Source: Nitrosomonas europaea (GTDB lineage: Bacteria > Pseudomonadota > Gammaproteobacteria > Burkholderiales > Nitrosomonadaceae). Taken from it: a stretch of DNA of 24,244 nucleotides. The DNA is taken from NCBI RefSeq assembly GCF_900167395.1, contig NZ_FUWK01000041.1, positions 1-24,244 on the forward strand, read 5' to 3'. Below the pieces are notes generated by a model, which saw nothing but the letters and a program-made list of their open reading frames with translations, searched no databases and was not told the origin of the DNA. Each line of letters opens with the position of its first letter. Positions within the stretch are counted from its first letter, which is position 1. The translations under genes were made by a program, and so were the position numbers. Positions 1-8,457 of this stretch are shown here, in pieces.

Positions 1-292
1 TCTTGATCTGATCAGCGGGTTCAGGCCCTCGCATGTTCTGGCGGATAAAGGCTACGACAGCGATAATATTCTCGACGCCATTGCCTCCATGAAGGCCGTG
101 CCTGTCATTCCACCGCGATCAAACCGCAAAATACGAAGAACGTATGATCGCGAAATCTATAAATGTAGAAATATCATTGAGCGCACATTCAACAAACTCA
201 AGCATTGGCGCAGACTCTCAACCAGATATGACCGTAAAGCTATTTACTTCTCCGCCTTCATACATCTGGCTGCAGCAACTTTATGGCTTTAA
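1..292 (+). mobile_element. 3' part of an IS5-family (IS427/IS1031-like group) DDE transposase gene, cut by the window edge. The IS right end probably lies within a few tens of nt after the stop.
   Basis: The frame is open from nt 2: LDLISGFRPSHVLADKGYDSDNILDAIASMKAVPVIPPRSNRK...YKCRNIIERTFNKLKHWRRLSTRYDRKAIYF. ADKGYDS (second catalytic Asp block) and NxIERxFxxLKxxRRxxTRYDK (catalytic Glu block) are the signature C-terminal blocks of IS5-family transposases. Stop TAA at 290-292. Confidence 0.85.
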
Positions 293-747
293 ATGTCGAT
301 TCGACCTAGGGAACTACACAGCCAGATGGCCGTCCTGAATGGGAAAATGGCGTAATACCTGCTGCCTGCAGCGGGAATAGTCGTTACTGTCAGGTAAAGC
401 TTCTTTAGTTTTACCCGAGCCTCATCATGAGTAAATATACCTCTAACCATTTTTAGTATTCTATGCGGAAGACACACCGTGTGGTTGTGCTGCACCACTC
501 AGAAATTCCCAATCCTCCATGAATTCAGCATGGCACCCCCGTGTCCATTCCAATATCCAATATCTGAAGAGTTCACCCAAGTTGGCTGAAATACGCGGTA
601 ATTTGGCAGTAAATGAAGTCATTTCATAATTGCTACACCAACAGCCTTGCAGTGTAATAACCCCACAACGACGCAACCCAATTGAATCTCTTTCAGAACT
701 TCCAGGTTAACCAATCGTTGTAAATACACTTCACTCAATCCAGAAAA

Positions 748-1576
748 ATGGAGGCCCAAATGAAATCTTATGAATATCGTGCTGCCACAGTGCAGACGCT
801 TGCTGAAGTTGGCAATGTCGACGCAAACCTCGAAATATGTGCGCACTATGTAAAGCAAGCCGCACTACAGGATGTTCGTGTAATTGTTTTTCCCGAGTGC
901 ATGAACGCGGGTTATCTATACGAAGACAGAGGCCAGACGGCTAGCATCCATCAATAGCGAACTGCTTGAGAAATTCGGTGAGGTTTGCAAGGCCAGCAAA
1001 TGTGCGATCCTGGTTCCAAATGTCGAAGAAGTGGACAGCAAACTCTATCCCGCCTCATTCCTCATCGGACCGGAAGGCGATGTGCTAATGTCCTATCGGA
1101 AGGTTCACCTCTTCAGTGATGAGCGGATGTGGGCAACAGCAGGCTCTGAATATCCGGTTATGGACACGCCATACGGACGTATCGGCATCATGATGGGCTA
1201 TGATGGCATGTTCCCGGAGGCCGCAAGCTGTTTGGGTATCAATGGTGCCGATGTGATCCTGTGGCCGGCTCGTCTGCAGGACGGGAAGGAGCGTACGCTG
1301 ATCGCAGTACCGCGCGCCGTCGATAACCGCTGTGCTGTCATTCTTGCCAACCGCGTCGATGCACCGTTCGGAGGTGGAAGCATGATCGCGCTGCCGGCAC
1401 AATTCCCCGTGTGGGATGTTGACGTAGCCAGGCCGTACTATCCGGATATGCACAAGATCATCTTGGAAGTCATTGAGATCGCCAGTGCACGCCAGAAAAA
1501 CATGATGGCCAATGTGCATATGTTCGCCAAGCGCCAGCCCTGGACTTATAATGCACTGGTAGCAGATAAGCACTGA
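748..1576 (+). pseudogene. Carbon-nitrogen hydrolase (nitrilase superfamily) gene, disrupted by a 1-nt frameshift near 925-935 and carrying Gly in place of the catalytic Cys.
   Basis: ORF 748-957 (..RVIVFPECMNAGYLYEDR..) carries the catalytic-Glu block. Frame 2 is open from about 911 and reads ..EARRLASINSELLEKFGEVCKASKCAILVPNVEEVDSKLYPASFLIGPEGDVLMSYRKVHLF.. (catalytic Lys block), then ..GRIGIMMGYDGMFPE.. where the family consensus is G-x-x-I-C-Y-D-x-x-FPE. The two pieces are collinear but in different frames. Confidence 0.8.
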
Positions 1577-1720
1577 TGAGCATTACTGCCGGGCAGGCTT
1601 GGAGAACACTGACCCGTAAGTCTGTCCGGCCTGACGGATGTTATCGATCTAAAAATCTAAAGGATGAGATTGCTTATCGATAATTGCTGTCTGTTGGATG
1701 ATCACTGAAGGAATCGAACG

Positions 1721-2341
1721 ATGCAGATAGCCTTGCTCGCTCCACCGGGTGTACAGTCGCTTGATGTCGTTGGGCCGGCGGAAATCTTTTGGGAAGCCGG
1801 ACGACGGCTGGGCAATCCATCTGCTTACGAGGTACGAATCATCGGAAGCAGGCGTAAGCGCAGGAATCGATCTCGCCCTTGCCCTGGTCGAAGAAGACTA
1901 TGGACGGGATCTCGCGCTGATTGTTGCGCGTTACATGGTCGTATTCCTGAAAAGGCCTGGAGGGCAGTCACAATTCAGTATACATCTGGTCGCGCAAATG
2001 TCGAAGCGCACACCTATCCAGCGCGCACAGGAATATGTGCTGCAGAATCTTTCATCCCATCTTTCGGTGGAGGAAATGGCAAAGCAAGCATGCATGAGCA
2101 CGCGCAACTTTTCCCGTTTGTTCCGCCATGAAACTGGTATGACATCTGCTGATTTTGTCGAAACAGCCAGACTCGATGCAGCCAGGTGTCTGAAGATACA
2201 TCAATGTCACTACAACTTATTGCTTTCCGCTGTGGCTTTGGCACCACCGACCGGATGTGGAGAACATTCCTGCGAAACCTTGAAGTCAACCCTTTAGGCT
2301 ATCGCAAGCGCTTTCAAAGTGCGCGACATCCTGCGTTATAA
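1721..2341 (+). pseudogene. GlxA-type (DJ-1/PfpI domain + AraC HTH) transcriptional regulator remnant, with an internal deletion at about 1845 and a frameshift at about 2190-2193.
   Basis: Three collinear pieces lie in three frames. (1) MQIALLAPPGVQSLDVVGPAEIFWEAGRRLGNPSAYEVRIIGS. (2) ..SEAGVSAGIDLALALVEEDYGRDLALIVARYMVVFLKRPGGQSQFS...LSVEEMAKQACMSTRNFSRLFRHETGMTSADFVETARLDAARCL. (3) EDTSMSLQLIAFRCGFGTTDRMWRTFLRNLEVNPLGYRKRFQ, with stop at 2339-2341. Most of the roughly 130-150 aa DJ-1/PfpI core expected between pieces 1 and 2 is absent. Confidence 0.75.
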
Positions 2342-2563
2342 CCCATTCTTCACAGACACGAGTACCAGGAAATACCGGCAATGCAGTCAGGTACGGTACA
2401 ACCCTGGACAAAGCAGGATAAGCAGAGATGCTACAATACTCAGCCGCTGCAGGACTGTAAACAACAGACAAAATCCCTTTCATACGGATCTGTATGTAAA
2501 CGGGGCCAGAAACAGTTCCCGGACTAGCGGTACATGTTTGAAATAAATAAACAGGAGTTTGAT

Positions 2564-3358
2564 ATGGGATTTCTTGCCGGCCGGCAAATTCTGATTACGG
2601 GCCTGCTCAGTAACCGCTCTATCGCTTACGGTATTGCCAAAGCAATGCAGCGTGAAGGGGCCAAACTGGCATTCACTTACCAGTCGGATGATTTACGCGA
2701 GCGCATCAGTAAATTAGCTGCAGAATTCAACAGTGACCTGCTGTTCCGCTGTGATGTCAGTCAGGATGAAGAAATCAGCCGTTGCTTCAGCGAGCTGGCA
2801 GATCACTGGGATGGATTGGACGGAATCGTACACTCCATTGCCTTTGCACCGCGCACAGCCTTGGCCGGCGATTATCTGGAAAGTGTCGATCGACAGGCTT
2901 TTCATATTGCACACGACATCAGCTCATATAGCTTTGCCGCGCTGGCAAAAGCCGGACTGCCACTGATGCAGGGAAGGCCGGCTGCTCTGCTGACACTCAG
3001 CTATCTCGGTGCGGTACGTGTGATGCCCAGCTACAATGTGATGGGATTGGCCAAAGCCAGCCTGGAGGCCAATGTTCGTTTTATGGCATCGAGCCTTGGT
3101 AAACAGGGGATCAGGGTCAATGCAATTTCAGCTGGACCAATCAAAACGCTCGCCGCAGCAGGAATCGGCAATTTTGGCAAACTGCTGGGATATTCTGAAA
3201 AAGTTTCGCCTCTGAAACGAAACGTGACCACTGAAGAAGTCGGTAATGTAGCGGCCTTTCTTTGCAGTGATCTGGCCAGTGGTATCACTGGTGAAATCAC
3301 TTATGTGGATGCGGGATTCAATACCGTTGCATTCAATCTGGATGCAGAAGGGCAGTAA
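2564..3358 (+). CDS. fabI: Enoyl-[acyl-carrier-protein] reductase (NADH), FabI.
   Basis: [28 protein letters not shown].. N-terminus, Y-x6-K active-site block (SYNVMGLAK) and ISAGPIKT block. ATG 2564 is preceded by AGGAG (2553-2557). The longer ORF from 2534 lacks an RBS. Confidence 0.93.
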   Translation: MGFLAGRQILITGLLSNRSIAYGIAKAMQREGAKLAFTYQSDDLRERISKLAAEFNSDLLFRCDVSQDEEISRCFSELADHWDGLDGIVHSIAFAPRTALAGDYLESVDRQAFHIAHDISSYSFAALAKAGLPLMQGRPAALLTLSYLGAVRVMPSYNVMGLAKASLEANVRFMASSLGKQGIRVNAISAGPIKTLAAAGIGNFGKLLGYSEKVSPLKRNVTTEEVGNVAAFLCSDLASGITGEITYVDAGFNTVAFNLDAEGQ

Positions 3359-3371
3359 CTTGAGAAGAACG

Positions 3372-3398
3372 GGCAGTAATCCCTGAAGGGTTACTGCC
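3372..3398. terminator. Stem-loop between convergent fabI and ppiD (11-bp stem with one G.U pair, 5-nt loop).
   Basis: GGCAGTAATCC (3372-3382), CTGAA, GGGTTACTGCC (3388-3398). It sits 14 nt after the fabI stop and 11 nt before the ppiD stop. There is no clean U-tract on either side, so it is not a canonical intrinsic terminator. Confidence 0.5.
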
Positions 3399-3408
3399 AC
3401 TATCACTG

Positions 3409-5301
3409 TCAGTCGTTCTCTTCAAGTGGTCTGATTGTTACTTCGTAGCGCTGTCTGAGTCCCGCAATGTAGGCGCTCAACTCCTCCTGACCATATATCT
3501 GTTGTAACTGATCGAAAAGAAGGTTGTATTGGGAAGATTCATTCCCGATATCAGGTCTTTTTACCTGATTGATCCGAATCAGATCGTATCCACCTTTGCT
3601 GGTGACAACACCAGTATAAGCAGGGAGTTTTTCCACATCCGTCTGAAAGAGGGCATGCAGAATTTCTTCATTGTCGCCTTTCTTCTGGGCAAAAGAAACT
3701 TCTGACGATTCTCCCCATTCCAGAGATTCATCGACCTCTCCCGCCTGTAACCCGGCAAGCTTCTGTTTACCCTCATTTTCAGCTTGTTCCGATGCAAGCT
3801 GCTGTTTCAGAAGCGCAACGATCCTGTCTTTGACCAACCCGATGGATTGAGCACTGGCAGGGCGATGTTCAACCACTCGTGCAGCTACAAAAGTATCAGG
3901 TGCGACCTCAATGGATTCAGTGTTGAAATGGTCACGAACAGCACTTTCCGAAAATATTGCCTGCAACATGCGCTCATTGGTAATGACCGATGGCTCTCTG
4001 GAATTGCGATCGATCCAGTCACTCTGCTGAACAGACAGGTTAAACATCTGCGCTACCGGCTGCAGCGTATCGTTCTGCTCATAAACGATATTACTGAAAT
4101 CTTCGGATAATTCACCAAACCTGTCTGCCACTTTCTGATGCTGCAAAAGCTGCCTGATCTGCTCCTTGACATCATCGAGGCCGGCAACATCTGCCCCCTT
4201 CACTTCAGTCAGCCGGATAATGTGAAAACCGAATGGTGTTTCTACCGGACCGCGTATCTCACCGCGTTGCATCTGAAATACTTCATCCTCAAAGGGTTTG
4301 ACCATCAGACCACGCGCAAAAAAGCCAAGATCTCCACCTTCCTTGGCCGAACCCGGATCTTCTGACAACTCTGCTGCCAGCTCCGGTAGTTTTTCCGGAT
4401 CCTGTCTGACCTGTTCCAGAATCTGTTCCGCACGGGCCTTGGTGGATGTTTTCTGCTCTTCGGTGGCATCAGCAGGAACACTCAGCAATATATGGCTGGC
4501 TCTCCGCTCCTCCGCCTGACCAAACTCATCCTGATGCTCGTCGTAGTATTTCCTGATTTCTTCATCAGAAATCTGTTCCTGCCGGGCCAGCTCATCCAGT
4601 GACAGCACGACATACTCCACTTTAACCCTTTCCGGCAGTGTGAAATCCTGGTAGTGACTGTCATAGTACGACTGAATGGCAGCCTCATCCGGCTCAGCCT
4701 GGTCAATGTACTGCTCAGGACTGATCGTCATCCGGTTGATTTCATACATTGTTGCACTCAGTGACGCCACTTTGCCTGCAACCGTCCTGGGTACGATGAC
4801 ACTTCCGGTGATACCCTCCAGCAACTGTTGGCGCATGAGCTCACCCGCTACTCTTGCTTCAAACATCGCAGGTGACATTCCCTGGCGCTGAAGCAGATCA
4901 CGATAACGCTGGTACGAAAACTTTTCATCTTCGTGAAAAAACGAGATGTTCTGGATTTCAGCAGTCAGGCGGGAATCCAGCACTGTCAGTCCGACTCGCT
5001 CGGCTTCACGGCGCAGCAGCCTCTCCTGGATCAGATTTTCCAGAACGGCCAGACGCATCTGCGGATTGTCCAGCAAGCTGGCATCAAATTTTTCCCCTAA
5101 CATATTGCGCAGATTTTCCTGCTGATTACGTATCGCTTGCTCGTACTCCTGACGGCTGATTTCCTCACCATCGACGACTGCAGCATAGCCCGCATCACCG
5201 GCGCTTCGATACGACTCTACTCCCCAGAACATGAAAGGCAGAACAGCAATCAGAAGTACGATCTGAACGACCGTCTTTTTTTTGTTTACGAAATCAAACA
5301 C
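3409..5301 (-). CDS. ppiD: Periplasmic chaperone / peptidyl-prolyl isomerase PpiD (N-terminal membrane anchor, SurA-like and parvulin domains).
   Basis: A 630-aa product if started at GTG 5301: (V)FDFVNKKKTVVQIVLLIAVLPFMFWGVESY.. matches the typical PpiD N-terminus. Parvulin block: ASHILLSV...GGDLGFFARGLMVKPFEDEVF...GPVETPFGFHIIRL. The ORF-track start at 5376 adds 25 atypical residues. Confidence 0.88.
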   Translation of the reverse strand: MFDFVNKKKTVVQIVLLIAVLPFMFWGVESYRSAGDAGYAAVVDGEEISRQEYEQAIRNQQENLRNMLGEKFDASLLDNPQMRLAVLENLIQERLLRREAERVGLTVLDSRLTAEIQNISFFHEDEKFSYQRYRDLLQRQGMSPAMFEARVAGELMRQQLLEGITGSVIVPRTVAGKVASLSATMYEINRMTISPEQYIDQAEPDEAAIQSYYDSHYQDFTLPERVKVEYVVLSLDELARQEQISDEEIRKYYDEHQDEFGQAEERRASHILLSVPADATEEQKTSTKARAEQILEQVRQDPEKLPELAAELSEDPGSAKEGGDLGFFARGLMVKPFEDEVFQMQRGEIRGPVETPFGFHIIRLTEVKGADVAGLDDVKEQIRQLLQHQKVADRFGELSEDFSNIVYEQNDTLQPVAQMFNLSVQQSDWIDRNSREPSVITNERMLQAIFSESAVRDHFNTESIEVAPDTFVAARVVEHRPASAQSIGLVKDRIVALLKQQLASEQAENEGKQKLAGLQAGEVDESLEWGESSEVSFAQKKGDNEEILHALFQTDVEKLPAYTGVVTSKGGYDLIRINQVKRPDIGNESSQYNLLFDQLQQIYGQEELSAYIAGLRQRYEVTIRPLEEND

Positions 5302-5393
5302 GATAGCTATCCGAAAAAAAGAAAATCGGGAAAAACAGGAAGAGAAAAAGATACCACATCGCCATGACTGGATCACTAAAGGCGGAAACGATA

Positions 5394-5470
5394 TGGCGGA
5401 GTGGACGGGACTCGAACCCGCGACCCCCGGCGTGACAGGCCGGTATTCTAACCAACTGAACTACCACTCC
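5394..5470 (-). tRNA. tRNA-Asp (anticodon GTC), CCA encoded.
   Basis: The reverse complement reads GGAGTGGTAGTTCAGTTGGTTAGAATACCGGCCTGTCACGCCGGGGGTCGCGGGTTCGAGTCCCGTCCACTCCGCCA. It is 77 nt, folds as a cloverleaf with a CTGTCAC anticodon loop, and is nearly identical to E. coli tRNA-Asp. Confidence 0.95.
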
Positions 5471-5539
5471 CAGTATTGCGCTCTCTAATTAGAGATCAGC
5501 TTCGAGACAATCACTTACCCGATATACAGGCAGGCTTGC

Positions 5540-5615
5540 TGGTGGGTGCTGAGGGGATCGAACCCCCGACATTCGCCTTGTAAGGGCGACGCTCTACCAG
5601 CTGAGCTAAGCACCC
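5540..5615 (-). tRNA. tRNA-Val (anticodon TAC), CCA encoded.
   Basis: The reverse complement reads GGGTGCTTAGCTCAGCTGGTAGAGCGTCGCCCTTACAAGGCGAATGTCGGGGGTTCGATCCCCTCAGCACCCACCA. It is 76 nt with a CTTACAA anticodon loop. Confidence 0.95.
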
Positions 5616-5645
5616 GTCTCGCTGATCCCTGTCATCGAAGGAGCG

Positions 5646-5918
5646 CTAGTTTACAGCATCTTTCAGCGCTTTGCCAGCAGTGAATTTAGGTACCTTGGCT
5701 GCCTTGATTTTTATCTCTGCACCGGTACGCGGGTTACGTCCTGTACGTGCTGCCCGTTTTCCAACCTTGAAAGTTCCAAAACCTACCAGGGTGACACTGT
5801 CATTCTTGCCAAGAGCATCCTTGATGGCGGACAGCGCACCATCCAGCGCATTGCCTGCCTGAGCTTTGGTAAGATCGGCAGATTGGGCAATCACATCGAT
5901 GAGATCGGATTTATTCAT
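5646..5918 (-). CDS. hupB: Nucleoid-associated DNA-binding protein HU.
   Basis: A 90-aa product: [90 protein letters not shown]. This is the classic HU fold sequence, including the RNPxTG arm. Confidence 0.95.
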   Translation of the reverse strand: MNKSDLIDVIAQSADLTKAQAGNALDGALSAIKDALGKNDSVTLVGFGTFKVGKRAARTGRNPRTGAEIKIKAAKVPKFTAGKALKDAVN

Positions 5919-6130
5919 AAAATTCCCCTTTGTTTTGCTTTGTTAGGTTGCAGGAAAACTCCACCTTTTGTACAGACAACTTCTGTAGACGCCCTTATAT
6001 CAAGCCATTTTGCGGCGGTCAAGTGTTTATGCGGAAATCAGCCTGATTTTTGATAAATTCTTGCCCGATCCTGTTCAACCAAGCGTTACATCATGAATAT
6101 GCCACTCAGGAAGACTTGATCAAGGGTTCC

Positions 6131-7120
6131 TCAGTCTGTTTCAGCTCCAGGCTCACGATCAAGCATATCCTGAATCGCTATCTCAACCGGAACCTGCTCA
6201 TACAGAATACTGTAAACCGCCTGAGTCACGGGCATATCGATTTGCAGCCGCTGTCCCAATCCATACGCTTCCCGAACCGTATAGACGCCTTCAGTGACAT
6301 GCCCTATTTCAGGCAGGATCTCTGCCAATTGCCGCCCGGCAGCAAGCATCATCCCAACCCGACGATTTCTTGAAAGATTCCCGGTACAAGTCAAAATCAG
6401 GTCACCGATACCCGTCAGCCCGGTAAAGGTTTCCCGGCATCCGCCAAGTGCCATGCCCAATCGGGTAATTTCCGCCAGCCCGCGGGTAATCAGCGCTGCT
6501 CTGGCATTATTGCCAAACGCAATTCCATCAGAAATCCCGGCAGCAATCGCAATCACATTTTTGAGTGCTCCACCGACCTCCACCCCGATCACGTCGTTGC
6601 CTGAATAAACCCGCAGGCTTGCTGTACGAATCTCACCGGCAACGCTTCTGGCAAAAATTTCGTCGTGAGAAGCAAGTGTCAGCGCGGCAGGAAGGCCTTG
6701 TGCCACTTCCCGGGCGAAACTCGGGCCGGATAGCACACCACAAGTGATACTCGCTGGATAAACTTCCTCAACCACCTGACAGGGAAGTTTTGCGGAACCT
6801 GTTTCAAATCCCTTGCAGGCCAGAATAAGGGGCAATGATGGGTTCAATGCCACCATCTGCTGCAAAGTGGTGCGTAATCCTGCAACGGGTACGACGACAA
6901 AAACCAGTTCGGCTCGTTCCAGTGCCTCACTCAACGCAGAGACAAGATGAATGGAATCCGGCAAAGGTTGCCTGGGCAGATAACGCTGATTGGTGCGTAA
7001 CGCCGCCAGTTCAGCCAGATGTTCCACATTACGGGTCCATAGCGTCACACGGTGACGCGCAGACAGACAAATTGCCAGCGCAGTTCCCCAGGCGCCCGCA
7101 CCGAGTACTGCGATATTCAT
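6131..7120 (-). CDS. gpsA: NAD(P)H-dependent glycerol-3-phosphate dehydrogenase.
   Basis: MNIAVLGAGAWGTALA.. Rossmann N-terminus from ATG 7120, with GALKNVIAIAAGI and TRGLAEI blocks. The start overlaps the upstream gene's stop as ATGA (7117-7120). The ORF-track start at 7186 lies inside the upstream gene. Confidence 0.92.
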   Translation of the reverse strand: MNIAVLGAGAWGTALAICLSARHRVTLWTRNVEHLAELAALRTNQRYLPRQPLPDSIHLVSALSEALERAELVFVVVPVAGLRTTLQQMVALNPSLPLILACKGFETGSAKLPCQVVEEVYPASITCGVLSGPSFAREVAQGLPAALTLASHDEIFARSVAGEIRTASLRVYSGNDVIGVEVGGALKNVIAIAAGISDGIAFGNNARAALITRGLAEITRLGMALGGCRETFTGLTGIGDLILTCTGNLSRNRRVGMMLAAGRQLAEILPEIGHVTEGVYTVREAYGLGQRLQIDMPVTQAVYSILYEQVPVEIAIQDMLDREPGAETD

Positions 7121-7605
7121 ACGCCCCAGATCTGATCGGTTCTGATATAGCCGGTCTGGCCGTCCCGATGTTTCACCTTCACCCATCCACCCGCAACGAC
7201 ACCCAACAATTCCAGTATCACATCCTGCTGGGCCTGAAAAATCAGTGATGAAGTCGGATTGGGAGATTGATAAACACTGCCGACAGGTATTTTGACGATC
7301 ACAAAACGCTTCGGGCCGAGATTCTTGTCTTCCACCCAGGCAAGGTATCCGTGATAATCACGTACTTTCACCCAGCCGACCACCTTCACTACCACTTCCA
7401 GAGGCAGATTCACACCTGCCACGTACAGTTTACCGGCATTGAGGGAAGGTGCATCGTACAGAACAACCGCAGATTTCGCGATTGACAGAAACTCATTCCG
7501 GGTACTTTCCTGTGCGACTGCCCTACAGGAAAAAATCAGCAGAACGAACAGCGAAAACAGCAGACCGGTCGTAATGCTCTCGCCTCGAAGTGGCTGAAAC
7601 TTCAT
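7117..7605 (-). CDS. Secreted protein with two bacterial SH3 (SH3b) repeats.
   Basis: Signal-peptide-like N-terminus (..LLFSLFVLLIFSCRAVAQE) followed by two repeats, each ending in a GWVKV..G..G(Y/W).. block (VGWVKVRDYHGYLAWVEDKNL and GGWVKVKHRDGQTGYIRTDQIW). Confidence 0.75.
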   Translation of the reverse strand: MKFQPLRGESITTGLLFSLFVLLIFSCRAVAQESTRNEFLSIAKSAVVLYDAPSLNAGKLYVAGVNLPLEVVVKVVGWVKVRDYHGYLAWVEDKNLGPKRFVIVKIPVGSVYQSPNPTSSLIFQAQQDVILELLGVVAGGWVKVKHRDGQTGYIRTDQIWGV

Positions 7606-7608
7606 GAA

Positions 7609-8094
7609 TCAGTGCCTGGTGATCGTATCTGCAGGCTGATCAGGCTGTTCTCCAGCCGTTTCCTGCTGTTTTTTCTGGTGATAAATTGCCTCGAAATTAA
7701 CCGGATTGAGAATCACAGGCGGAAATCCGGCGCGCGTCACTGTATCCGAGATCGTTTCACGTAAGTAGGGAAACAGAATGTTCGGACATAAAACACTCAG
7801 CACAGGCTCGACTTCATCTCCAGGAACATTACCTATCCGGAAAATACCAGTCTGATGAGCCTCCACCAGAAACATGACCTGATCCTTTTCCTTCAACCGT
7901 GCCGTGACAGTAGCAGTTACAACCACCTCATGGATTTCCCCATCCACGGCATTATGACTGGTAGCCAGTTGAAAATTGATCTCGGGAGCTTCCCGCTCCA
8001 GAAAGATACGAGGGGCATGAGGAATTTCCAGTGATAAATCCTTGACGTAAATTTTTTCAATAACAAAAACGGGTTGCTGCTGTGATTCAGTCAT
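7609..8094 (-). CDS. secB: Protein-export chaperone SecB.
   Basis: A 161-aa product: ..PVFVIEKIYVKDLSLEIPHAP..FLVEAHQTGIFRI..LCPNILFPYLRETISDTVTRAGFPPVILNPVNFEAIY.. with an acidic/polar tail. Its position between grxC and gpsA matches the E. coli order. Confidence 0.92.
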   Translation of the reverse strand: MTESQQQPVFVIEKIYVKDLSLEIPHAPRIFLEREAPEINFQLATSHNAVDGEIHEVVVTATVTARLKEKDQVMFLVEAHQTGIFRIGNVPGDEVEPVLSVLCPNILFPYLRETISDTVTRAGFPPVILNPVNFEAIYHQKKQQETAGEQPDQPADTITRH

Positions 8095-8168
8095 GATGAG
8101 TTCCAGTTAAATACACTTGTCAAAAATTTTCCGGCTGCCAATATATCGGGAAGATTGACAGCCAGCGC

Positions 8169-8426
8169 TTAGCCAGCCAGCAATCCGCTCAGTTCCCCCT
8201 GGCGGTCCAGCATTGCCAGATCGTCGTACCCCCCGACATGCACCGGGCCGATATAAATCTGCGGAACGGTTCGCCGTCCGGTACGCTGCATCATCTCGGC
8301 ACGCAGCCCCGGTTGCAGATCCACCCTGATTTTTTCGATCTCCTCGACCCCTCTCGCACGCAGCAACTTCTCCGCCATAGTGCAATAAGGACAGTACCCG
8401 GAGACATACATTACAATCTTGGGCAT
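8169..8426 (-). CDS. grxC: Glutaredoxin 3.
   Basis: An 85-aa product with the CPYC active site (MPKIVMYVSGYCPYCTMAEKLL), RRTVPQIYIG and GGYDDL blocks. Confidence 0.93.
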   Translation of the reverse strand: MPKIVMYVSGYCPYCTMAEKLLRARGVEEIEKIRVDLQPGLRAEMMQRTGRRTVPQIYIGPVHVGGYDDLAMLDRQGELSGLLAG

Positions 8427-8457
8427 GTCATCCTTCCCTGCATCGTTCTCGCACGGA

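Noticed and set aside
2286-2483. A 65-aa minus-strand ORF between the regulator remnant and fabI.
   Set aside because: It overlaps the tail of the regulator pseudogene and has no RBS or recognisable features.
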